DNA of 64,000 bases, from positions 1 to 64,000 of the forward strand of contig JBFJCP010000009.1 in NCBI GenBank assembly GCA_041615815.1. The letters are read 5' to 3'. Position numbers and translations under genes: made by a program. This DNA comes from Gemmatimonadales bacterium (GTDB taxonomy: Bacteria; Gemmatimonadota; Gemmatimonadetes; Gemmatimonadales; GWC2-71-9). A model generated the notes under the pieces. It saw only the letters and a program-made list of their open reading frames with translations. It had not been told where the DNA came from and searched no databases. Within the stretch, counting starts at the first letter, position 1; every line of letters starts with the position of its first letter. This document shows positions 42,369 through 53,988 of this stretch, one piece after another.

Positions 42369-45002
42369 TCAGCTGACGCCGGCCCCCAACAGATCACCCA
42401 CGATGTCCGGAGTCTTCTCGCGGGCCAGGGCCAGCTTCGCCGGATCCCCCGCGCCGGCGGACGCGAAATGGGGCCGGCCCCCACCCTGCCCCCCGCTCAC
42501 CGCGGCGATCCGATTTACGATCTCGCCAGCCTTGATACCGCGGGCAATGAGGTCGTCCGTCACGCCAACATGAATGCCAGGACGGTCGCCGCTGACGAAC
42601 AAGACCTGAATCGCGTTACGGTGCTGATCACGGAAGGCATCCATCAACACGCCAATCCGAGCGCGGTCCGTCACCGGTGAATCGCCAACCAAGAGCAAGG
42701 TCTCACCCACCCGATGCTCGAGGAGGCCCTCGCCCTGCATGGCCGAGCCTTTACGGAGCAGATCCTCGACTTGTCGCTCGAGCTGCTTCTTCTCGTCGAT
42801 AAGCGACTCGATCTTGCGTCCAACGTGTTCGGGGCTCGTGTGCAGCGTGTTCGCGGCTTCCGCGACCCGGTCGTCCAGCATCTTGACCAAATCGTAGGCG
42901 CCGGGACCCGTGACCGCTTCGATACGCCGTACGCCCGCGGCGACGCCCGACTCGGCCGTGAAGTGGAAGAGGCCGATCTGTCCGGTCGTTCGGACATGCG
43001 TGCCTCCGCACAGCTCCATCGATAGACCCTTGATGTCCACCACCCGCACCTTGTCCCCATATTTCTCCCCGAAGAGCGCGATGGCACCCCTGGCGATGGC
43101 CTCATCATACGGGAGCTGGTAGGTCACGATCTCGGCATTGTGCCAAATCCCCTCGTTGACCTCCTGCTCGATGGTACGGAGATCGTTCTCGTTCACCGGG
43201 GCATGATGAGAAAAATCGAACCGAAGCCGGGTGGGGGCGACCACGGAACCCGCTTGGCGAACGTGTTCGCCCAAGATGTGACGAAGCGCCGCATGCACCA
43301 GGTGGGTGGCCGTGTGGTTGCGCTCGATGTTCCGACGGCGGGCCTCGGTCACCGCCGCCTCCACGTCGGTGGGCTCGAAGGGGCCCTCATATGGCCCGGT
43401 TACCACCTGCTTGCCATCCACCTTGAGAACATCCCGGACAGACAGCTCCCAACCCTCCCCTTTCACGACACCCGTGTCGCTCACCTGGCCGCCGGACTCG
43501 GCGTAGAACGGGTTCTCATGCAGCACGAGCTGTAACTCGCCGTTCGCACGTCGGAAGGCGAGGATATCCGTTTCGGTCCGCGTCGTGTCGTACCCGACGA
43601 ACTTTTGCCGTACGCGCGGCCTCACCCGGGTGAATTTGCCTCGTGCCCGCTTGGTGTGGACCGCCGGGCCGCTCTTCTCCTCGACCTCCGCCCCTTCACG
43701 TGACCGTTCCCGCTGCCGGGACAGCGCATGCTCGAACCCCACCTCGTCCACGGTCCAGCCCCGCTCGGTGGCAATCACCCGTGTGAGGTCCACCGGAAAT
43801 CCAAACGTATCGTACAACCGAAACGCGTCGTCGCCGGAGATAGCCCCGGCGGAACCCGTCATCAGGTCGTCCAGTCGCGCCAGGCCCCCCTCGACGGTCT
43901 CCAAGAAACGCTCTTCCTCAGCCTGCGTCACCTGGAGCAGGTGGGCGGACTTCTCCTGCAGCTCCGGGTACACGTCGCCCATGCCATCGATGACCACCTC
44001 GACCAGTCTTGCCAGGGTAGCCTCCCGCCGACCGAGCAGGTACGCATGCCGAACCGCACGGCGCAGAATCCGCCGCAGCACGTAGCCCCGCCCTTCGTTG
44101 GACGGGTACACCCCGTCCGCCAGCAAGAACGCCACGGCCCGAGCATGGTCCGCGAGCACGCGGTATCCGGCCCCCGCCGATCCGCGGTCGTACGGTTTCT
44201 CGATCACTTCCTCGGCGCGGCGGATGATCGGCATGAAGAGATCGGTGTCGAAATTCGATGGAACGCCCTGCATGACGGCTGCGATCCGTTCGAGCCCGGC
44301 CCCCGTATCGACGGACGGGGCCGGCAGCGGTGTGCGAACACCGCCTGGGGTCTGGTCGAACTGCATGAACACGAGGTTCCAGATCTCGAGCAAGACACCG
44401 GACTCAGCAAGATCGACGAACCGTTTCTGGTTCAGCTCGCCGCGCCCCCCTCGGTCGTACTCGAGATCCACGTAGATCTCGGAGCACGGTCCACATGGCC
44501 CCGTATCGCCCATCTGCCAGAAGTTGTCCGCGTCCCCGAGCCCATAAATGCGCGAACCCTCGAGACCGGTGACGGTCTGCCAGAGACGGCGCGCATCCGC
44601 ATCGGTGTGGTGGACGGTCACGTACAGTCGGTCCGGGTGGATCCCGAGGTACTCCTCACTCGTGACCCACTCCCAGCCGAACGCGATCGCCTCCCGCTTG
44701 AAATAGTCGCCAAAGGAGAAGTTGCCGAGCATTTCAAAAAACGTGTGGTGCCGCGCCGTGTGGCCCACCTGCTCCAAATCGTTGTGCTTGCCTCCGGCCC
44801 GCACGCACTTCTGCACCGTGACGGCCCGCCGGTAATCACGCTTTTCGAGCCCCTGGAAGACGCGCTTGAACTGCACCATGCCGGCGTTGGTGAAGAGCAG
44901 CGTGGGATCACCATGCGGCACCAACGGCGACGAGGGCACGTGCCGGTGTCCCCGGGCCTTGAAGTAGTCGACGAAAGAACGTCGGATCTCGACAGCGTTC
45001 AT
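42369..45002 (-). CDS. alaS: Alanine--tRNA ligase
   Basis: DPTLLFTNAGMVQFK, HHTFFEMLGNFSFGDYFK, DTGAGLER, HTATH, ELCGGTHV, GGG.P. Confidence 0.99.
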   Translation of the reverse strand: MNAVEIRRSFVDYFKARGHRHVPSSPLVPHGDPTLLFTNAGMVQFKRVFQGLEKRDYRRAVTVQKCVRAGGKHNDLEQVGHTARHHTFFEMLGNFSFGDYFKREAIAFGWEWVTSEEYLGIHPDRLYVTVHHTDADARRLWQTVTGLEGSRIYGLGDADNFWQMGDTGPCGPCSEIYVDLEYDRGGRGELNQKRFVDLAESGVLLEIWNLVFMQFDQTPGGVRTPLPAPSVDTGAGLERIAAVMQGVPSNFDTDLFMPIIRRAEEVIEKPYDRGSAGAGYRVLADHARAVAFLLADGVYPSNEGRGYVLRRILRRAVRHAYLLGRREATLARLVEVVIDGMGDVYPELQEKSAHLLQVTQAEEERFLETVEGGLARLDDLMTGSAGAISGDDAFRLYDTFGFPVDLTRVIATERGWTVDEVGFEHALSRQRERSREGAEVEEKSGPAVHTKRARGKFTRVRPRVRQKFVGYDTTRTETDILAFRRANGELQLVLHENPFYAESGGQVSDTGVVKGEGWELSVRDVLKVDGKQVVTGPYEGPFEPTDVEAAVTEARRRNIERNHTATHLVHAALRHILGEHVRQAGSVVAPTRLRFDFSHHAPVNENDLRTIEQEVNEGIWHNAEIVTYQLPYDEAIARGAIALFGEKYGDKVRVVDIKGLSMELCGGTHVRTTGQIGLFHFTAESGVAAGVRRIEAVTGPGAYDLVKMLDDRVAEAANTLHTSPEHVGRKIESLIDEKKQLERQVEDLLRKGSAMQGEGLLEHRVGETLLLVGDSPVTDRARIGVLMDAFRDQHRNAIQVLFVSGDRPGIHVGVTDDLIARGIKAGEIVNRIAAVSGGQGGGRPHFASAGAGDPAKLALAREKTPDIVGDLLGAGVS

Positions 45003-45061
45003 GGCTCTAAAGCTAATAGGGGACGTGGGATGGGATAAGGCAGAACGACGCATGGAAGATG

Positions 45062-45706
45062 CTACGCGTGGGAGGGCTCCTCCGACAGCAGTTCTTCGAT
45101 CAGTTCCGTGACGTCCCGCCCTCGGAAGCCCCGCCGCTCGAGGAAGGCGAGAAGACGCCGCCGCCGTTTCACGATCGGGATGTGGCGGAGCTGGTGGGAC
45201 CGTCGGGCGGCGAGCTTCCGTACCTGCTCCGTGCGGCTCACACCCTCCGATTCCAGACCCGCGTCCACCGCGCGCTCGGCCAGTCGACGATCGACCCCAC
45301 GCATCTGAAGATCGCGAAGTAATCGGGCGCGACCGTAACCTTTGGGAGCCCGGACGCGCACGAAATGCTCGGCAAAGGCCGAGTCGTCCAGCAGCCCGGC
45401 ATCTTCCAACCGTCCGACCGCTTCGGCCGCCGCGGAGGGGTTGTGACCACGATCGCGCAGTCGACGGAGCACTTCTTGGACAGATCGGGGCCGCGCGGCG
45501 AGCAAGCGCAGCGCTACCCGATACGCTCCGTCCACATCTGCGGCGTAGGAGAGTCGCGACGCGTCAGCGTCGGTCAGATGCTGCCCATCGTCGATCCCCA
45601 ACGCTTCGACGGACTCGGCCGGCAATGTCGCGAAACGAGCTCCGTCCACCTCGATGACGAGGCGGCCCGGAGCCCGTGGATGTGGCCGAATACCGGTAAC
45701 GTACAT
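45062..45706 (-). CDS. recX: Regulatory protein RecX
   Basis: LLAARPRS, GLLDD..FA, G..RL..DL..RGV, FL.RRGF; follows recA. Confidence 0.92.
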   Translation of the reverse strand: MYVTGIRPHPRAPGRLVIEVDGARFATLPAESVEALGIDDGQHLTDADASRLSYAADVDGAYRVALRLLAARPRSVQEVLRRLRDRGHNPSAAAEAVGRLEDAGLLDDSAFAEHFVRVRAPKGYGRARLLRDLQMRGVDRRLAERAVDAGLESEGVSRTEQVRKLAARRSHQLRHIPIVKRRRRLLAFLERRGFRGRDVTELIEELLSEEPSHA

Positions 45707-45773
45707 GGCTCTCAGTACGGCGAGGGCCGGAACCCGCGAGACCCCGCGTCCGGCCTTGCAGTCCGGACCGGAA

Positions 45774-46865
<1,092 letters not shown>

Positions 46866-46909
46866 CTCAATCGTCCTTGAAAAGGGCTAGGAGTGGGAGG
46901 GCCAGGCGG

Positions 46910-46926
46910 ACCGAATATAAACCGAA
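46910..46926. promoter_or_regulatory. Candidate LexA/SOS operator (direct repeat ACCGAA-N5-ACCGAA)
   Basis: accgaa-tataa-accgaa, 11-bp period, about 45 bp upstream of recA. Confidence 0.5.
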
Positions 46927-46933
46927 GTCCCCG

Positions 46934-47332
46934 CTAGCGCCACCCCGGCCAAAAGGCGTCGGCGACGTGTTCGACCCGAGGAGCGCCGCGGCCCACGGTG
47001 ATCCCGATGACGTCGAACCGGTACCGGTAGGTCGGGCGGCCGTGGCGGTCCACCCAGGCGGATGCCACACGAGCCAATTCTCGCCGTTTCGCATGCGTGA
47101 CCGCCTCCAGCGGGCTCCCAAACCCAGCCCCGAGGCGGGTCTTGACCTCTACGAAGGCAATCACGCTCCCCCGGCGTGCTACCAAATCGACCTCCAGCCG
47201 CCCGAGGCGAAAGCGATGCTCCAAGACGCGCCAACCGGAGCATCGCAGGTGCTCCACGGCGATCCGCTCACCCCACAACCCCAGCCGATGCCGGGGATCG
47301 CGCCACCCATTGGGGTCCGAGCGTACCGGCAT
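46934..47332 (-). CDS. yraN: YraN family (UPF0102) putative endonuclease
   Basis: G..GE..A, EVDLVA, FVEVKTR, RFDVI. Confidence 0.93.
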   Translation of the reverse strand: MPVRSDPNGWRDPRHRLGLWGERIAVEHLRCSGWRVLEHRFRLGRLEVDLVARRGSVIAFVEVKTRLGAGFGSPLEAVTHAKRRELARVASAWVDRHGRPTYRYRFDVIGITVGRGAPRVEHVADAFWPGWR

Positions 47333-47439
47333 GGAGCACCATAGCCGTTCATCCGCTCCGCTCTAGGACCCGAATGCGGCTTCCCGGGACAAATCCCTGC
47401 GCACCATTTCGACGATCCAGCCTATCCCGCCCGTCGTCA

Positions 47440-49605
47440 TCATATCCGATCGAGATCCGCCATCCCCACCAAGACTTCCCGGGGCTTGGATCCGTCCGGC
47501 GGACCCAGCACGCCGGCGTCATGCAGCTGGTCGATGATCCGTGCGGCTCGTCCGTAGCCGATGCGGAGCTTCCGCTGCAGCAACGACGTGGAGCCAAGCT
47601 GGTTCTGGATGCACGTCTCGGCGGCCTCGCGAAAGAGGACGTCCCGGTCGTTGGAGCCACCCCCACTCACCGTGGCGCTTGCCTCCTCAGACTCCAACGC
47701 CTCCACCACCTCGAGAATGTCTTCCTCTTCACGCGCCGGCGCGGCCGCGGCTCCCCGGTACCACGCGGTGATGCCCTCCGTCTCCTCTGTCGAGATGAAC
47801 GCCCCCTGCACACGAATCGGTTCGCTCTTCCCCGGCGGCAGGAAGAGCATGTCGCCGTTCCCGAGCAAGGTCTCTGCACCGTTTTGGTCGATGATCGTGC
47901 GGCTGTCCACCTTGGAGGCGACGCGAAACGCGATTCGGCTCGGGAAGTTGGCTTTGATGAGTCCGGTGATGACGTTGACGCTCGGCCGTTGCGTGGCGAG
48001 AATCAGGTGAATTCCGGTGGCCCTGGCCTTTTGCGCGAGAATGGCCAACGGCTTTTCGACCTCGCTCTGGACCGTCATCATGAGATCCGCCAGCTCGTCC
48101 ACGATGATCACGACATAGGGAAGCGTTCCGTCCTCGTAGGGCAGCGGCAGATCCGTTTGATCACCACCCCCAGCACTCCGGTCGCCGCTCGCCGAAGGCT
48201 CAACGAGTTCCTTACCTTCCGTCACTCTCCGATTGAAGTCGTAGAAGTTTCGCGCGCCGTTGGCATGAAACAGCTCGTACCGGCGGTCCATTTCCAGCAT
48301 GGCCCACTTCAGTGCCTGCGCCGCTTGGTGATTGTCGGTGACCACCGGGTGGCGCAAGTGGGGCAGCGCATTGTACACCGATAGCTCGACCATCTTGGGG
48401 TCGATCATCAGCAGCCGAAGCTCTTGCGGCGTGTACCGGTAAATGAGACCCGTGATGACCCCATTGATGCACACGGACTTCCCGGAACCGGTGGCACCCG
48501 CGATGAGGAGATGGGGCATCTTGCTCAGGTCCGCGATCACGGGCCGGCCCTCGAGGTTGCGGCCGAGGGCGATGGGCAACGCGGCACGGCCCCGTCCCCA
48601 CTCCGCCGACTCCAACATCTCCCGCAGCGTGACGATCTGGGCGGTGGGGTTGGGGACCTCGACCCCCACCGCCGCCTTCCCGGGGATCGGCGCGATGATG
48701 CGGATCGACTGCGCTCGCATGGCCAGGGCCAAGTCGTCCGCCAGTGCGGCAATACGTCCCACCTTGACCCCGGGTGCCGGGGCCACTTCGTATTGCGTCA
48801 CGACCGGCCCGGTGGTCCGACCCACAATCGATCCGTCCACGCGAAACGTCTTGAGGGTGTCGATGAGCACATCCCCCAACCGTTCGATTTCCTCGGTCCG
48901 GCCATTCGTGGTCTCCTTGGCCGGGACCCGCAGGAGATCGACCGGTGGAAGCTCTTCCATCGGATCGTGCGTACCCGTCTTGATGGCCTTCCGGGCTTTG
49001 CGACTCGTCTTTGGCGTCCCGCCCGGAGTGGGAGCCCCGGCGTCGTTTTCCTCTTGATCAGCGACGGATGCCTGTTCCCACACCGGTGGTGGCACGGGGG
49101 TAGCGCGGTGCGGCGCGGCGGCGAGTCGCCGGAAGGGATGCCAGTCCAGCGTGTACAACGTGAGCGCAGAGAGCGCCAGCACGATCACGAGCGCGGCTCC
49201 TGCGGTTCCGACCACCGTGGTCAGGAGGGTCGCGAGGAAGCCGGGAAGAATGCCGACCGTGCGCTGGACCAGCGTCCAATCCGCGTACGCCGGCGGAAAC
49301 GTGCCACCACCCCGGAGCCCGGTCACGACGCCCACGGCCACTGGGACCAACACGATACCCCCACCGAAGAGCACACCCGCACGGCGGTAATCGAGCATGC
49401 GCAGTCGGCGGAATCCGGCTAGGGCGAGCGTACAGAAGAGAATCGGCGTGAGAGCCGCCCCAATGCCGAGGTAGGTCCACAGCACCCCGCCTACGGTACG
49501 CCCGAGTGGTCCGGTGATACCGATGGGAAGCAGACTCAGCAGCAGGAATATTCCCACCAGCAATGCGGCAATGGCGAGGATCTCCCGACGTCGGTCCGGC
49601 TCCAT
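47440..49605 (-). CDS. ftsK: DNA translocase FtsK
   Basis: N-terminal TMs, PHLLIAGATGSGKS, DELADLM, ATQRPS, gamma domain LQRKLRIGY.RAAR. Confidence 0.97.
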   Translation of the reverse strand: MEPDRRREILAIAALLVGIFLLLSLLPIGITGPLGRTVGGVLWTYLGIGAALTPILFCTLALAGFRRLRMLDYRRAGVLFGGGIVLVPVAVGVVTGLRGGGTFPPAYADWTLVQRTVGILPGFLATLLTTVVGTAGAALVIVLALSALTLYTLDWHPFRRLAAAPHRATPVPPPVWEQASVADQEENDAGAPTPGGTPKTSRKARKAIKTGTHDPMEELPPVDLLRVPAKETTNGRTEEIERLGDVLIDTLKTFRVDGSIVGRTTGPVVTQYEVAPAPGVKVGRIAALADDLALAMRAQSIRIIAPIPGKAAVGVEVPNPTAQIVTLREMLESAEWGRGRAALPIALGRNLEGRPVIADLSKMPHLLIAGATGSGKSVCINGVITGLIYRYTPQELRLLMIDPKMVELSVYNALPHLRHPVVTDNHQAAQALKWAMLEMDRRYELFHANGARNFYDFNRRVTEGKELVEPSASGDRSAGGGDQTDLPLPYEDGTLPYVVIIVDELADLMMTVQSEVEKPLAILAQKARATGIHLILATQRPSVNVITGLIKANFPSRIAFRVASKVDSRTIIDQNGAETLLGNGDMLFLPPGKSEPIRVQGAFISTEETEGITAWYRGAAAAPAREEEDILEVVEALESEEASATVSGGGSNDRDVLFREAAETCIQNQLGSTSLLQRKLRIGYGRAARIIDQLHDAGVLGPPDGSKPREVLVGMADLDRI

Positions 49606-49606
49606 G

Positions 49607-50350
49607 TCAGCTCCTGGTTGGCAGCGAGACGAGGCGCCCGGCGTAGCGCGGCACGACCGTGTGCGTGTCCGGGTCGCACGCCGCCAGGATATCGTCCTTG
49701 AAACCTAGGCGTCGGAGCTGCCGCGCGGCGGCGCTAGCCTGAAAGGCGCGCTTCCACCGATCACCGTAGCGACGCACCAACTGTAAGGCCGCGATGGCCG
49801 CGTCGTTCAGTTCGGCGCTGCGCCGCTCGCTCGCAGGAATGAGGGCTTGGGCGAAGCGCCCGGCAGCGTAGGCATCTTCGAGGGCAAACCCCCGCTGTCG
49901 GCCGCTGCAAAGCAGGATGATCTCCCCATGCTTGGCCACGGCGTCTGCGGCCGCGGCGGCAGCGGCCGTGAAGTTGGTGGCAGCGCCCACGAGCACCAAG
50001 CCGCCGGCCTCGGCCGCCTCGAAGGCAGGGGTCCCGTTCGTGGTCGCCATGACGATCGTCTTCCCCGTCACCGCTTCGGGGCGCATCTCGCCCGGAGAGT
50101 TGCCGAGCGCAAATCCCTCGATGCGCAAGCACCCCTGTTCTCCGGCCAGCACCACATTGTCGGATTCCAGGCTGTTGGCCACCCGCAAGGCCTCTTCGGC
50201 GTTGGGGGTTGGCACGACGGCCCGGGCGCCATTGCCCAGTGCAGCAACCATCGTGGTCGTTGTTCGGAGCACATCCAGGACCACCACCGGCTTGCCGGCA
50301 ACCGCGCTGTGGGTCAAACCCAGAGGGGTGAAGTAGACGGAGACCTTCAT
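49607..50350 (-). CDS. comB: 2-phosphosulfolactate phosphatase family protein
   Basis: [24 protein letters not shown]. Confidence 0.88.
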   Translation of the reverse strand: MKVSVYFTPLGLTHSAVAGKPVVVLDVLRTTTTMVAALGNGARAVVPTPNAEEALRVANSLESDNVVLAGEQGCLRIEGFALGNSPGEMRPEAVTGKTIVMATTNGTPAFEAAEAGGLVLVGAATNFTAAAAAAADAVAKHGEIILLCSGRQRGFALEDAYAAGRFAQALIPASERRSAELNDAAIAALQLVRRYGDRWKRAFQASAAARQLRRLGFKDDILAACDPDTHTVVPRYAGRLVSLPTRS

Positions 50351-51708
50351 TCAGCCGACAGCGTGAAGAGCTCGGTATGTCGCTCCAGGAATTTGGTGTC
50401 GACGCGCCCGGCTTGGAACTCCCGGTGGTGAATGACCCGTTGAAGGAACGGGATGGTCGTGGTGACTCCCTCGATGATGAACGAGTCGAGAGCTTGACTC
50501 ATGCGCGCCAGTGCTTCGTCCCGCGTATTGCCATGGACGATCACTTTGGCGAGCAATGAGTCGTAGTACGGCGGGACGGTGTACCCGGCGTAGATATGTG
50601 TATCCACCCGGACCCCGGGACCACCGGGCGGATGAAACGTGGTGATGGTGCCGGGTGAGGGTTGGAAGTTGCGAAACGGATCCTCCGCGTTGACACGACA
50701 TTCGAGGGCGTATCCTCGCAACCGATTGTTGTACAGGACGAGACCAACCGGTTCTCCGGCTGCGACCCGGATCTGTTCTTTCACCAGGTCGTAGTTAGTC
50801 ACCATTTCCGTCACCGGATGCTCCACCTGGATCCTGGTGTTCATCTCCATGAAGTAAAAATGACCCTCCGGGTCCAGGAGGAACTCGACGGTTCCCGCAC
50901 CGACATAGCCGATGTGGGCAGCAGCTTTCGTAGCGGCCGCCCCCATGCGTTCACGGATTTCTTGCGTGAGCGCGGGGCTCGGGGCCTCTTCGATCAACTT
51001 CTGGTGCCGTCGCTGGACCGAGCAATCCCGCTCACACAGATGCACCACCTTACCGTGGCGGTCCCCCATCACCTGGATCTCCACGTGCCGCGGCTGATCG
51101 AGGTACTTCTCAATGTAGACCTCGGCGGATCCAAAGGCCGCGAGCGCCTCGTTGCGGGCCAACAGGAAGGCGCGTTGGAACGCCTCCGCATCACGGGCGA
51201 CCCGCATCCCCTTCCCACCTCCACCTGCCGCCGCCTTGATGATCACGGGAAAACCGATCTCGCCGGCAATCCGCAATGCTTTCTCGGCGTCGTCCACCGT
51301 CCCTTTGGAGCCCGACACCACCGGGATGGAGAGCTCCGCCGCCAGCTTCCGCGCACTCGCCTTGTCACCCATTAGCCGAATCTGCTCGGCCGTGGGGCCG
51401 ATGAACGCGATGTTGGACGCTTCGCAGGTCTCGGCGAACTCCGCGCTTTCGGCGAGAAAACCGTAGCCGGGATGGATGGCATCTGCCCCGGTGATTTCGG
51501 CGGCGGCGATGATGTTGGGGATCTTGAGATAGGACAGCCGGCTCGGCGGTGGGCCAATGCACACATCGTCGTCGGCAAACCGCACGTGCAGACACTCGCG
51601 ATCCGCCTCGCTGTAGACCGCGACGGTCTGGATCCCGAGTTCGCGACAGGCACGGATCACCCGCAACGCGATTTCGCCGCGGTTGGCGATCAGGACCTTA
51701 TTGAACAT
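50347..51708 (-). CDS. accC: Acetyl-CoA carboxylase biotin carboxylase
   Basis: [43 protein letters not shown]. Confidence 0.98.
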   Translation of the reverse strand: MFNKVLIANRGEIALRVIRACRELGIQTVAVYSEADRECLHVRFADDDVCIGPPPSRLSYLKIPNIIAAAEITGADAIHPGYGFLAESAEFAETCEASNIAFIGPTAEQIRLMGDKASARKLAAELSIPVVSGSKGTVDDAEKALRIAGEIGFPVIIKAAAGGGGKGMRVARDAEAFQRAFLLARNEALAAFGSAEVYIEKYLDQPRHVEIQVMGDRHGKVVHLCERDCSVQRRHQKLIEEAPSPALTQEIRERMGAAATKAAAHIGYVGAGTVEFLLDPEGHFYFMEMNTRIQVEHPVTEMVTNYDLVKEQIRVAAGEPVGLVLYNNRLRGYALECRVNAEDPFRNFQPSPGTITTFHPPGGPGVRVDTHIYAGYTVPPYYDSLLAKVIVHGNTRDEALARMSQALDSFIIEGVTTTIPFLQRVIHHREFQAGRVDTKFLERHTELFTLSAE

Positions 51709-51711
51709 GTG

Positions 51712-52881
51712 TCAGGGGGTCTGACCTTGAAGCCCCTCGCCCTCGCCCTTGGCCGCAATTTCCTCGGCGAACGTCCGATCGGACGCGCTCTCGATGCCGC
51801 TGACCCGTAACGCGAACTCGCTGGGGTTGCTCGAATAGAACAGCGCCGCCTCGTAGCTGATGGCGCCTTGCTTGTACCAATTCATCAGCGACTGATCGAA
51901 GGATTGCATACCGTACTGAATGGTGCCTTCACGGATCAGCTCCGGGATGGCCAGCGCTTTTTCCGAGTCCCGGACGTTGTCCCGGACCGCTGCCGTGTTG
52001 ATGAGCACCTCGCAGGCCGGCACACGTCCCTTTCCATCTCTGCTGGGCACCAGACGCAGGCACACCACCGCCTCCAACGCCGTCGAGAGCAACGAGCGGA
52101 CGGCCTCGTGCTCGTGTGGGGGGAAGAAGGAAATGACCCGATTGATCGTCTGCGTGGCGTCGGTGGTGTGGAGGGTCGAAAACACCAGGTGTCCCGTGTC
52201 CGCCGCCTTGAGGGCCGTGTCCAGCGTGATCTTATCACGGATTTCGCCGATCAGGACGACGTCGGGATCCTGCCGGAGCACGTGGCGGAGAGCCGATTCG
52301 AACGACAGGGTGTCCGTTCCCACCTCTCGCTGGGAGATGTTCGCCAGTCCGTCCCGGTGGAGAAACTCGATGGGATCCTCGATCGTGATCACGTTGCACC
52401 GGCGGTGCAGGTTGATGTGGTTGACGAGCGCGGCCAACGCCGTGGACTTCCCGGACCCCGTCACGCCTGTGACCAGCACGAGCCCTCGGGGTTTCAGGGC
52501 TATGGACTCGAGGACACGCGGCAGATTGAGGTCGCCAATGGTCTTGATCTCGTACGGCACGGCGCGGAACACGAAGGCCAGCGTGCCCCGCTGCAAATAC
52601 ACGTTGGTCCGAAAGCGCCCGATCCCCGGGACGCCGATGGCGAAATCCGCCTCTTTTTGCTCGGCGAACTCTTTGACCTGTCGTGGCGTCATGAGCTGCT
52701 CGGCCAATCCCTTCAGCTCCTCCGGCTTCAGCGGCTCCTGCTGCAGTTGATAGAGCTCGCCGGCCACCCGGACCGTGGGTGGGCGGCCAACCTTGAGATG
52801 GAGATCCGAGGCCTCCAGCTGCACCATCTCCGTGATGGCGGCCTTGAAGTTGAACGGACGGAGTTTCGTGGCTTCAACCAT
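51712..52881 (-). CDS. pilT: PilT/PilU family type IV pilus retraction ATPase
   Basis: ASDLHL, GVTGSGKST, TIEDPIE, RQDPDV..GEIRD, TGHLVFSTLHT, GMQSFDQSL; AIRNLIRE motif replaced by AVRDNVRD, so PilT vs PilU is uncertain. Confidence 0.88.
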   Translation of the reverse strand: MVEATKLRPFNFKAAITEMVQLEASDLHLKVGRPPTVRVAGELYQLQQEPLKPEELKGLAEQLMTPRQVKEFAEQKEADFAIGVPGIGRFRTNVYLQRGTLAFVFRAVPYEIKTIGDLNLPRVLESIALKPRGLVLVTGVTGSGKSTALAALVNHINLHRRCNVITIEDPIEFLHRDGLANISQREVGTDTLSFESALRHVLRQDPDVVLIGEIRDKITLDTALKAADTGHLVFSTLHTTDATQTINRVISFFPPHEHEAVRSLLSTALEAVVCLRLVPSRDGKGRVPACEVLINTAAVRDNVRDSEKALAIPELIREGTIQYGMQSFDQSLMNWYKQGAISYEAALFYSSNPSEFALRVSGIESASDRTFAEEIAAKGEGEGLQGQTP

Positions 52882-53404
52882 GGGGATCGACCCTGAACAG
52901 GACCTGTCCATACTCTACCGGTTGCGCGTCCTGAACGGCGATCTCCTTGATCATGCCCGAGATCTCCGCGTCGATGGGGTTCATGATCTTCATCGCTTCG
53001 ATGATGCAGAGCGTCTGTCCCGGACTGACCCGACTCCCCACGCGCACGTACGGTTCCGCACCGGGCTCCGGCTGAGCGTAGAACGTCCCCACCATCGGAG
53101 ACTTGATATCGAGCAACTGAGAGGGGGGCTCGGCCGGCGTCGCGGGCTCCGGGGTCGGCGTGCTCGGGGCGGCCGTGGATGCTAGACGCGCCGCGGGAGC
53201 TCCACCTGCGGCGGTCGGTGCCGCGTTCGTCGCCGCCGGGGCCGATGGCGAAATCTGATACGTCACCGAATCGGCATTAGCAAACCCACCCGACTTCGAA
53301 ACCCGTACCGTCGTGCTCCACCAATTCTTCTTCACCTCGATCGCGGAGGCGCTCGAGGAGTTCAGCATGTCGATGAGCTTTTCGACGAATCGCAGATCAA
53401 TCAT
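52874..53404 (-). CDS. accB: Biotin carboxyl carrier protein
   Basis: Ala/Pro linker, SPMVGTFY, EAMK biotinylation motif. Confidence 0.97.
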   Translation of the reverse strand: MIDLRFVEKLIDMLNSSSASAIEVKKNWWSTTVRVSKSGGFANADSVTYQISPSAPAATNAAPTAAGGAPAARLASTAAPSTPTPEPATPAEPPSQLLDIKSPMVGTFYAQPEPGAEPYVRVGSRVSPGQTLCIIEAMKIMNPIDAEISGMIKEIAVQDAQPVEYGQVLFRVDPHG

Positions 53405-53961
53405 ACGCGCTCGAGATACTTGTCTTCACGACGATCCACGCGGATCATCTGGCCCTGCTCGATGAAGAGCGGGACCTGCACCACGGCACCGGTTTCCAGC
53501 TTTGCCGGCTTGGTCCCCCCGCTCGCCGTATCACCCCGCACGCCGGGATCGGTCTCCACCACCTCGAGCTCCACAAAAAACGGCAATTCGATCATGATCA
53601 CCGTCCCGTCGTGGACCAATCCGGAGCATTCCATTCCTTCTTTGAGATACTTCAATTGCTCCTCCCCCACCACCTCCGCGTTGATCGGGATGTCCTCGTA
53701 GGTCTGCATGTCCATGAAGTGGTAGAGGTGACCATCGTGATAAGAGTACTGCACCGGCCGCCGCTCCAGTCGAACGTCGGTCACCCGCTCGCCGGCCGTC
53801 CATGTCCGATCGATGACCGCCCCCGTCCGCACGTTCTTGAGCTTGCTCCGCACGAAGGCCCCACCCTTGCCGGGCTTCACGTGTTGAAAATAGGTGATCT
53901 GAAACAGCTGCCCATCGATCTCGAGCACCATACCGTTGCGAAAATCCGATGTCGTTGCCAT
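53401..53961 (-). CDS. efp: Elongation factor P
   Basis: KPGKGGAF, PGVRGDT, VPLFI, YLER. Confidence 0.98.
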   Translation of the reverse strand: MATTSDFRNGMVLEIDGQLFQITYFQHVKPGKGGAFVRSKLKNVRTGAVIDRTWTAGERVTDVRLERRPVQYSYHDGHLYHFMDMQTYEDIPINAEVVGEEQLKYLKEGMECSGLVHDGTVIMIELPFFVELEVVETDPGVRGDTASGGTKPAKLETGAVVQVPLFIEQGQMIRVDRREDKYLERV

Positions 53962-53988
53962 GACCGCGTCGTGATCCGTGCCTCCCGA

